The position numbers were made by a program, and so were the translations under genes. Below are positions 1 to 7,300 of a stretch of DNA of 35,147 nt, in pieces. The notes beneath the pieces were generated by a model that was given only the letters and a program-made list of their open reading frames with translations, did not search any database and was not told the origin of the DNA. This DNA is from Thermoplasmatota archaeon (lineage in GTDB: Archaea > Thermoplasmatota > Penumbrarchaeia > Penumbrarchaeales > Penumbrarchaeaceae). The stretch lies in contig JARVGK010000006.1 of assembly GCA_029762535.1 (NCBI GenBank), positions 78,703 through 113,849 on the forward strand, read 5' to 3'. The first letter of the stretch is position 1; each line of letters opens with the position of its first letter.

Positions 1-36
1 ATGAAGCATAATTTTTCATCAGTAAATTGTTGTAGA

Positions 37-83
37 GCACCATTTTCCGCAACAATGAAAATATGACGAGAGGAAAATGGTGC
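37..83. repeat. 12-bp perfect inverted repeat overlapping the tRNA 3' end
   Basis: gcaccattttcc (37-48) is the exact reverse complement of ggaaaatggtgc (72-83). On the tRNA strand the trailer can pair back onto GCACCA-TTTTCC. Confidence 0.7.
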
Positions 84-164
84 GAGGGCTGTGATTTGAA
101 CACAGGAACCACTAAGGACCAGACCCTCAATCTGGCGCCGTTGACCAAGCTGAGCTACCCTCGC
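78..164 (-). tRNA. tRNA-Leu (anticodon GAG), intron-less, CCA encoded
   Basis: Reverse complement is GCGAGGGTAGCTCAGCTTGGTCAACGGCGCCAGATTGAGGGTCTGGTCCTTAGTGGTTCCTGTGTTCAAATCACAGCCCTCGCACCA. Acceptor stem GCGAGGG/CCCTCGC, anticodon stem CCAGA/TCTGG around TT-GAG-GG, long variable arm, T arm CTGTG-TTCAAAT-CACAG, discriminator A plus CCA. Confidence 0.96.
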
Positions 165-550
165 AGATAATTGGCGGTCAACACCGGTCCATAGAGTTTT
201 TGCGGATGGTTCGATCCCCTTTTTCGCTGATCCTATCAGCTTGGTCAACGGGGACCGTGTCGGGGCCGAATGGCGCCGACATCCGGGAAATCCATTCGGA
301 TTTTCCGAAGATTGACCAAGCTGAGCTACCCTCGCAGATAATTGGCGGTCAACACCGGTCCATAGAGTTTTTGCGGATGGTTCGATCCCCTTTTTCGCTG
401 ATCCTATCAGCTTGGTCAACGGGGACCGTGTCGGGGCTGAATGGCGCCGACATCCGGGAAATCCATTCGGATTTTCCGAAGATTGACCAAGCTGAGCTAC
501 CCTCGCAGATAATTGGCGGTCAACACCGGTCCATAGAGTTTTTGCGGATG
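141..550. repeat. 171-bp tandem repeat, about 2.4 copies, each containing the first 24 nt of tRNA-Leu plus its upstream region
   Basis: Units start at 141, 312 and 483 (ttgaccaagctgagctaccctcgc...). The third is truncated at 550. Units 1 and 2 differ only at C267/T438. Confidence 0.95.
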
Positions 551-628
551 AAGAGCGGGGATCCCCCGCTGACTTTCAGAGCATAACATGACGTTGGATT
601 TATTACTATCGCTTCGAGATCCCACGTA

Positions 629-1696
629 TCATCCACAGGCGATGTCGAGAATCCTTCGGGCGCTCTCCCCGTCCCCGAACGGGTTCTCCCAATCCCTCCT
701 CACGGAGATCATCTCCAGGCTCCTTTGAAGGATCCTGTCAGGATCCGATCCCGCGAGCACGTTGGCCCCAACATCTATGGTCTCTGGCCTCTCGGTGTTC
801 TCCCTCAAGGTCACGCAAGGGACCTTGAGTATGCAGGCCTCCTCCTGTACCCCTCCGGAATCAGTAAGTATCAGAGAGGATCCCTCCTCGAGCTGCAGGA
901 ACTCCATGAAACCGACTGGGTCCACCACCCTTATCCCTCCAGAATCGATACCATGCTGATCCATGAACTTTTTCGCCCTGGGATGAATGGGGTAAAGGAC
1001 GGGCATTCCCAGTTCCTCCCCGACCCTGGAGGCTCCCTGGATGATCCCCGATAACCTCTCCCTTACATCCACGTTCTCGGCCCGGTGCGAGGTCATCAGT
1101 ATGTACTTACCCTTCTCCAGACCGAACCTTTCGAAGGGATCCCCCTGTCTCCTGGATATCTCCAGGTTCTGAAAAACGGAATCGACTATGGTGTTCCCGA
1201 CGATGAATATCTTCTCCTCGCCGATGCCCTCCCTCAACAGGTTCCCCTCGGAGATCACGGTCGGAGCGAAGAGATGATCGGATACGTGATCGGCAACGAT
1301 CCTGTTGATCTCCTCCGGCATGGTCCTGTCGAAACTTCTGAGACCGGCCTCCACATGTCCCACTCTGATGTGCATCTTCGCTGCGGCGATGGCCGCGGCC
1401 ATGACAGTGTTCGTATCTCCCTGGACGAGCACTTCGGAGACATCCTCCCTTTTCAGAACGGCCTCGACGCCCTGGAGGATCCTCGCGGTCTGCTCGCCAT
1501 GTTCTCCGGAACCCACATCCAGGTTATAATCGGGATCTGGCAGCTCAAGCTGTTCGAAGAATTTGCGGTCCATCTCGTAGGAGTAATGCTGCCCCGTATG
1601 CAGCAGTATATGGCCTAATCCTATCTCCTTGCAGCGCCTTATGACCGGGGCCATCTTTATTATCTCGGGCCTGGTGCCCAGAACAATGGCTATCAG
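629..1696 (-). CDS. wecB: UDP-N-acetylglucosamine 2-epimerase (non-hydrolysing), probable CTG start
   Basis: Motifs HTGQHY, VQGDTNT, HVEAGLRS, PEEINR, TDSGGVQEEA, TERPET, NPFGDG. The conserved N-terminal IAIVLGTRPEIIKM lies upstream of the first ATG (1654). An in-frame TGA at 1715-1717 leaves CTG at 1694-1696, which follows SD-like GGAAGTGA. Confidence 0.93.
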   Translation of the reverse strand: MIAIVLGTRPEIIKMAPVIRRCKEIGLGHILLHTGQHYSYEMDRKFFEQLELPDPDYNLDVGSGEHGEQTARILQGVEAVLKREDVSEVLVQGDTNTVMAAAIAAAKMHIRVGHVEAGLRSFDRTMPEEINRIVADHVSDHLFAPTVISEGNLLREGIGEEKIFIVGNTIVDSVFQNLEISRRQGDPFERFGLEKGKYILMTSHRAENVDVRERLSGIIQGASRVGEELGMPVLYPIHPRAKKFMDQHGIDSGGIRVVDPVGFMEFLQLEEGSSLILTDSGGVQEEACILKVPCVTLRENTERPETIDVGANVLAGSDPDRILQRSLEMISVRRDWENPFGDGESARRILDIACG

Positions 1697-1700
1697 CGTC

Positions 1701-2174
1701 TCACTTCCTTCTTCTCAGGACCAGGAATGCAGCCGCCAGGCCGCCGAGCCCCAGGAATATGGCCCCACCGCAGCAGCAGGCGCTGTCCAGCCCCGGACCG
1801 ATATTAACAGTGATCGAGAAGGGACCGGTTCCGGAAACCATCAGGAACAGCTCCTTGGAGGACGTTCCCTCGTTTATGTGCTCGTAGGATTCTCGATCCC
1901 CTTCACTGTCAAGGACGAACGTGAAGAACGGGTCATCCTCCTGGTCATAACCGCCATAGGCCCTTATCGAACCCTCTCCGAGCAGCTCGAACGTGATGGT
2001 GAACTTCATGTATGGATGGACGTCGAGGGAATACCATTCCTCGCTTTCCTCCACTTCCCCCTCCGTCACCCCAACGAAGATCTTCTGGGCGTTCTCCATG
2101 CTGTCGTTGTCAAGTCCCATAGCGGAACCGCAAAGGAGCGTTATAACCAGGACAGATACTGCGAACCTGTTCAA
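1701..2174 (-). CDS. Hypothetical secreted protein with C-terminal Cys-rich membrane anchor
   Basis: TTG start, signal peptide (MNRFAVSVLVITLLCGSAMG), acidic beta-rich body, C-terminus ACCCGG + hydrophobic helix + RRRK. Co-oriented with wecB and 4 nt from it. Confidence 0.8.
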   Translation of the reverse strand: MNRFAVSVLVITLLCGSAMGLDNDSMENAQKIFVGVTEGEVEESEEWYSLDVHPYMKFTITFELLGEGSIRAYGGYDQEDDPFFTFVLDSEGDRESYEHINEGTSSKELFLMVSGTGPFSITVNIGPGLDSACCCGGAIFLGLGGLAAAFLVLRRRK

Positions 2175-2189
2175 ATTCCCACCGCACCT

Positions 2190-2261
2190 TCATCGCCTAA
2201 GGATTACATCCATTTTGCGCTGGGCCTCACTCCATAGATGCAGCCTGTAGCTCGCGTCCAT
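2190..2261 (-). CDS. Putative 23-aa micropeptide MDASYRLHLWSEAQRKMDVILRR (below ORF-track cutoff)
   Basis: ATG at 2259-2261 with TATA-like CTTAAATA at 2284-2291, the same 23-30 nt spacing as leaderless genes elsewhere in the window. RKMDVIL resembles the KRMEIVL motif of a neighbouring peptide. Confidence 0.4.
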   Translation of the reverse strand: MDASYRLHLWSEAQRKMDVILRR

Positions 2262-2308
2262 AATGAACGATTCACAACTGGAATATTTAAGGTGTACGGC
2301 ATAAGCCT

Positions 2309-2488
2309 CTAATCATCATCCGAGCTTTCGAAGGAATCGGTCTCTGTACCGAAATCCCTGTCATCGAAGCTTTTCCTCGCACATGCGGGACATATCCTTG
2401 ATAGCTCCGGAGGCCTCTGCAGTCTGATGTATATATTATCCTCAAAATATTCACCGCATAGTTCGCAGCGTATCTTGAATCCCGACAT
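2309..2488 (-). CDS. 59-aa zinc-finger microprotein (CELC ... CPAC, acidic tail), not in ORF track
   Basis: Hand translation MSGFKIRCELCGEYFEDNIYIRLQRPPELSRICPACARKSFDDRDFGTETDSFESSDDD. Two CxxC pairs. TATA box ATTTATAA at 2511-2518, 23-30 nt upstream of the ATG. Confidence 0.8.
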   Translation of the reverse strand: MSGFKIRCELCGEYFEDNIYIRLQRPPELSRICPACARKSFDDRDFGTETDSFESSDDD

Positions 2489-2520
2489 GGACGGGCTAAA
2501 GGATAAATTATTATAAATAT

Positions 2521-2616
2521 CTAATCAAGGGCCCTGAAAGGATATGACAAGAGGACTATCTCCATCCTCTTCACGTGCTCCCTGTCATATCGAGCGACCT
2601 TATGGGTAACATCCAT
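2521..2616 (-). CDS. Putative 31-aa micropeptide MDVTHKVARYDREHVKRMEIVLLSYPFRALD
   Basis: SD-like AGGGGTCA 4 nt before the ATG. Shares EIV(L/I)LSY with the upstream peptide through mostly synonymous codon differences. Confidence 0.5.
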   Translation of the reverse strand: MDVTHKVARYDREHVKRMEIVLLSYPFRALD

Positions 2617-2631
2617 GTACTGACCCCTTGA

Positions 2632-2697
2632 CTATCTTCGGCCGTTGTAGGATAGTATCACTATCTCCCTGAATGGATCCTCATCGGTCCGCTGCAT
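2632..2697 (-). CDS. Putative 21-aa micropeptide MQRTDEDPFREIVILSYNGRR
   Basis: Consensus TATA box TTTATATA 23-30 nt upstream of the ATG. EIVILSY motif shared with the next peptide. Confidence 0.5.
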   Translation of the reverse strand: MQRTDEDPFREIVILSYNGRR

Positions 2698-2719
2698 AAG
2701 GGCTCAACCTACAAAACCA

Positions 2720-2727
2720 TATATAAA
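2720..2727 (-). promoter_or_regulatory. Archaeal TATA box (TTTATATA) for a leaderless transcript starting near 2697
   Basis: Consensus TATA sequence at the same spacing seen for the cupin, metK, nmd3, J-domain, Lrp and PfkB genes. Confidence 0.7.
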
Positions 2728-2761
2728 GAAAGCAACCTCATTATCAATAGTTGAAAAAGGA

Positions 2762-2929
2762 TCAGGTCAAGAACCTGTAATTGGTAAGGTTATCCCTTAT
2801 CTTCTTCTCAGTTATCATGGTAAGGATCTCGACGGCCTCCTCCCTTGTTCGGCCTGCGGCCTCGGTCTCCAATTCCGGGCAGCGGGCTATGAACGTCCCG
2901 CCCTCATTGACCACCTGTACGTCGAACAT
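2762..2929 (-). CDS. HicB-like antitoxin N-terminal domain protein (55 aa, no DNA-binding domain)
   Basis: MFDVQVVNEGGTFIARCPELETEAAGRTREEAVEIL matches the HicB pattern (F/Y-x-A-x-C-P-E/D-L...G-x-T-x-E-E-A). Start moved from 3016 to 2929 based on the domain boundary and a TTTTTATC box upstream. Confidence 0.7.
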   Translation of the reverse strand: MFDVQVVNEGGTFIARCPELETEAAGRTREEAVEILTMITEKKIRDNLTNYRFLT

Positions 2930-3151
2930 CCATTCATTCAACCGGTAATAGAGGATAAAAAGGTTGTCATCGGATTTCCTTAGATGAAAAACGGGTGTTA
3001 CAAGTATGTAAATCATTGTCGAAAGATGTTAAAATGACCTTTTATCGCCCTGGAATGAGAGGTGATAATCTCATGGAATGCGCAAAGATTCAAAAAGGGG
3101 TCCGATATCCCATCGTTCGATGAAAAGCGAAGGTAAAGGGGTTATGCCGGA

Positions 3152-4336
3152 ATGAACGCGATGTCCTTCATCGAGTTCATCGTCGCGATCTCCGCATTGA
3201 TGCTCATTGCCAGGAAGAGCCTATGGTTGGCACTGACGTTCTCCGCCCTCCTCCTTGGCATCATTTCCCTATCCTTTTCGGACCTCTCGGTCGTGGTAAG
3301 CACAACGCTCTTTGATCCTTCCATCATACTCCTTTCCATATCAGTGGCCCTCATCGCGATGATTGGCGGTTCCATGGAGATGACGGGGCTCATAGATGAG
3401 ATGATGGACAACGCCAAAATTAGCAGAAGACACGCCCTGCTCACCATACCCGCGGTCCTTGGATTGCTTCCCATTCCAGGGGGCGCCCTTCTCTCCGCCC
3501 CAGTTGTGGAAAAGGGCGCTGGCAAAGCCGAACCCGATATTAAGGCCTCCATAAACATATGGTCAAGACATGTGACCGTGCTGTTCTATCCCTTAGGCAC
3601 CCTTCTTGCTGCCTCAAAGATGGCTGGATTGAACGTGTACACGATCATCCTTTATCTCTTACCAGGACTTGTCCTGACGATAGTGTTGATATGGGCGTTC
3701 CTCTTGAGAAAGGTGGAAGGGGGCCGGATCTCAAGCGGCGGGACCATCAAGAAGGCCTTGGCCCCGATCCTTTTGATACTGACGGCACCCTTGGTCCACG
3801 CTGGCCTGATGCACGCCTTTCCGAACGTCATGGAGGAGATATTCCTGCTGATCGGCGTCTCATTGAGCCTATCCCTTGTAATGATATTCAAGAGAAAGGG
3901 GCCCTCTTATCTCCTCCCCGTACTTAAGAAGATGAAAGCGTACAACTTCGCCCTTATCATCATTGGCATGTTCCTTTTCCTCAACGTCTTCAACAGTTCG
4001 AACGCCCCTGGAGCTGTGGCCTACCTTCCTCTTTCAACGCCCTTATTGATCGTCCTTGCAGGAGGTTTGCTCGGTGTCGCTACGGGCAGGGTCAACGTCC
4101 CCATATCCGTCATGCTGCCTATACTGACAGCAAAAGGCATGATCGTCAACGAGATCTCCTTCACAATACTGTTCTTCAGTATATTCATCGGGTTCCTGAT
4201 ATCACCAGTCCATCCATGCGTCAGCGTGTCGCTCGAGTACTTCAGGACCGATTACCCATCGACCCTGAAGCGCACGTTCATACCAGCCACCATCTCGTGG
4301 TCCCTGGCCCTGATAACGGCATATCTCCTGTTGTGA
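3152..4336 (+). CDS. DUF401-family multi-pass membrane protein (putative transporter)
   Basis: About 10-12 hydrophobic helices. Motifs PAVLGLLPIPGGALLSAP, NIWSRH and GFLISPVHPC. Confidence 0.8.
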   Translation: MNAMSFIEFIVAISALMLIARKSLWLALTFSALLLGIISLSFSDLSVVVSTTLFDPSIILLSISVALIAMIGGSMEMTGLIDEMMDNAKISRRHALLTIPAVLGLLPIPGGALLSAPVVEKGAGKAEPDIKASINIWSRHVTVLFYPLGTLLAASKMAGLNVYTIILYLLPGLVLTIVLIWAFLLRKVEGGRISSGGTIKKALAPILLILTAPLVHAGLMHAFPNVMEEIFLLIGVSLSLSLVMIFKRKGPSYLLPVLKKMKAYNFALIIIGMFLFLNVFNSSNAPGAVAYLPLSTPLLIVLAGGLLGVATGRVNVPISVMLPILTAKGMIVNEISFTILFFSIFIGFLISPVHPCVSVSLEYFRTDYPSTLKRTFIPATISWSLALITAYLLL

Positions 4337-4351
4337 TCATGGAGCGCAAGA

Positions 4352-7300
4352 TCACTCTTCGTCGAACTTGCCCTTCTTGGACCCGCCTCTCAAGGCGAAG
4401 CCCACCAGGCCTCCGATGAGCAATGCGGCCGCCACTCCACCGCCCATCATGGCAGCGGAGACGCCCCTGGTCCCGCCGGTCGTCGGGTTGTCCACCAATA
4501 TCCTCTGGTAGAGAGTAACTTTCGCAGTGTAGGTCCTGTTCATCTCTAACTTAACGGGGGCGTTGAGCGGGCCGATCTCGTTTCCGTTCTCGTCGTAGAG
4601 CACCGCATGGGCGGCAGCGATGTTTATGGTGTACTCCCCCTCCTCCGGAATTCCGAAGGTAACAAGGCCCTCATCATCGGTCACGAAACCCCCTATGCCG
4701 ATGACCTCTATCTTCAGGTCCTTCATCGGGGTGTTGTTGTCCTTCTCGACGAACTTCACGGTTATGTTCAGTGGGACCGGTATTGGGATCCTCGGCGTCA
4801 GGTACAGCGGCTGGTATATGCTCGATGCCGAGGGCACGTTCACCAGGGCGGAGCCCGGAGCGTATCCAGAAAGGGACGCTTTGACGTAATAGTCCCCCGG
4901 CATCAGCACCTGGCCGTAGTTCCCATTGGTATCAGCGGTCAATGTATAGGTGAGGACCATCCCGGGCATCTGATAGATCTCGACGGTCGATCCCGCCCCT
5001 GGAGCATAGGTATAGAGCTTGAACACCTTGCCGTGTAGCTTCCCGGGCTTCTGCTGTCCCTCTCCCACCGTTATATCCACCCACATGATCTGGGAGGAGC
5101 TGAGCGGGAAGGTGACCGGAAGGGTCGTCGATGTAGTGCTGGCCCCTCCAGGGTAGAGATAGTATTTGACCTCCAAAACGGAGAGTGAGGGATGGAAACC
5201 GCTTATCTGCCAGTTGGAGAACAGATATATGGGCGAGAAGAAGAAGAGACCGCTCGCAGGGGTCGACTGCGTGTAGGTCAGCGTTCCGCTGTTCGCGCCG
5301 ACGGTGAACCCGTCGACCGGATCCCCGGTCCCATACATGGTAACCTGGCCAGCGATCACGGCGGCCTCCCTATCCTGCTTCAGGAGGAAATCCACATGCC
5401 TCGAGGTGCCTGGAAGCACCGTACCTGACCAGGGTGCTGCGGACACCACGCCCGTGGTCCAGTCGTATGCCATGATCGAATAACCGCCCACTGCCAACGG
5501 TGTGAGGGTGAAGTCCCCCGGTGTAACGATCCTATCGTAGTGTCCAGTGCTGTCAGTGACATCGAACAGCGTCATACTGGAGGTGATATCGAGGATGGGG
5601 CAGGAAGGCACTATGGGCCCACCAATCGCCCCAACATAGACGTAACCCCAGATCCTCGTCCTGTTGTTCGGAACCTCCTGCTGGACGGAGATCCTCACCC
5701 ACATCGCATCAGGAACGGACATGTTGAACATCACCGGAAGGGTGCTCGAGCTTGTGGTAGGTCCTCCGACCATGAGATGGTATTCCACATCCACAACGTA
5801 TAGGCCGGGATGGGATCCGTCTACTGTCCAAGATCCAGGGTCCCACAATGGGGAGAATAGGAAGAACCCGCTCGCAGGGGTCGTCTCGTGCATGGTGGGA
5901 GTGGACGGACCTAAGGCTTCAACGTCGAAACCGGCCACAGGCGCTCCGCTGCCGTGATATACGACCTGTCCGGCGATGAGGAAGGACTCCTTTTGCTCCT
6001 TTATGACGTAATCCACCTGCCTCGACTCCCCGGGGGCTACAGTGCCGGTCCATGGACCCCAGCCCCAGATCCCGGTCGCGTGATCGTAGTTCATCATCGA
6101 ATATCCGCCGGAGGGAAGGGCTATGTGTGTGTATGTCCCCGGGGATACATGCTCATGATAGAAGCCGGACCCATCCGTCGTGGAGAATACCGTCATCGAG
6201 GTGGTGATGTCCAGGATCGGGCAGCCGGATATCGCCGTCCCGAAGGCCGCGCTCGTTACGTAGCCCCAAATGCTGGTCCTGTCCTCCCCTTCCTCCTTCT
6301 CCATGAACAGTTTCACTATGTTCACCTCGGAGGAGGTTAGGTTCAGTGCCCCCATCACCACCGGACCGGGATGATGGTCGAATCCGACCATGTGATAGCC
6401 CGGATGGACCGAGTTTATCCAGTACAAACCCCAAGCAGGGATCCCCACCCAGATATGGACGTTGGATGAGGGTCCTGTGTTCACGCTGTCCGAGAAGTAA
6501 CCATATGAATGGACGAGGTTGATCGTGGAGTCGTTCAATTCCACTCCCGTTCCGTTCTCCCATACGGACGCTATGACAACGGCGAACTCGCGCTCAGAGC
6601 CTTTCTGCAAATAGAAGTCCTGCCTCTGTATCGTTCCGGTGGGCACGTTGACCATCGTGGATTGGGGGAAGAAGCCTGCCGCGGTCGCACCGACGATATG
6701 ATCCATATCTCCAGGGAAATCCTCTATTACGTAGAGACCGGCGATGCCCATAGTGTTCGTTCCCACGACGTGAGGGACGTCGCTGAAAACCTGTGCGGTG
6801 GGGAGAGGTGTGCCATCCCCGTAAACGAATCCCCAGAGCACGGTCTGGTCCTCTTGGGACGGCTTGAGTTCGAGGTCCACGTATGTGATCTCTCCCCAGT
6901 TCACGGTGCCGGAACCGCTAGCGGGATAGTATCCGGAGGCTGCGCCAAGGACCGTGTAGGTGCCGGCATCGGGACCGGCGAAGAAGTAGAAACCGTGGGC
7001 GTCAGTGATCGTTGTGAGAGTGGCGATCCCGTTGGTCGCCATTATGGTCGCATTCCCTATCGGTACGCCCGTCACACCATCGGTCACGTTCCCGGTCAGG
7101 CCGCTGTTGTGCATGCCGGTGTATTTCATTATGAAATCATGGTAAACCACCTCTCCAGCATGGACGGAAAGGGTGGGAGAGTGTGAGGGCACATGTCCGT
7201 GGGCGAAGCACCAGAGATGATGGTCCCCAGGCGCGACTATCACGAAATATTCCCCTATCAACGGATCATCGGTCGCAAACACGTCCACGATACCGGGCAT

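Noticed and set aside
141-550. CRISPR array or extra tRNA genes
   Set aside because: The units are near-identical along their whole length with no unique spacers, and no cas genes are present. The copies hold only tRNA nt 1-24, with no anticodon arm and no bulge-helix-bulge evidence for a split tRNA.
554-570. Hairpin agcgggg-atc-ccccgct at the array boundary as a terminator
   Set aside because: The inverted repeat is real, but there is no adjacent U-tract and archaeal termination does not need hairpins. A function cannot be supported.
200-586. 128-aa + strand ORF with 57-aa repeats
   Set aside because: It is the translation of the 171-bp repeat and overlaps tRNA-derived sequence. It has a TTG start without SD or TATA support and no protein-like features. 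The period being a multiple of 3 may be chance.
2617-2634. Pyrrolysine readthrough of the TAG between the two EIVxLSY peptides
   Set aside because: TAG is an ordinary stop for nmd3, the pilin at 12647 and the Lrp gene. No pyl genes are visible, and the downstream peptide has its own SD. Kept only as an alternative.
2930-3016. N-terminal extensions in the ORF track (here and at 7834, 8813, 10301, 13660, 21954, 24104, 34097)
   Set aside because: They run through promoters or overlap neighbouring genes. SD or TATA spacing and domain boundaries support the shorter starts.
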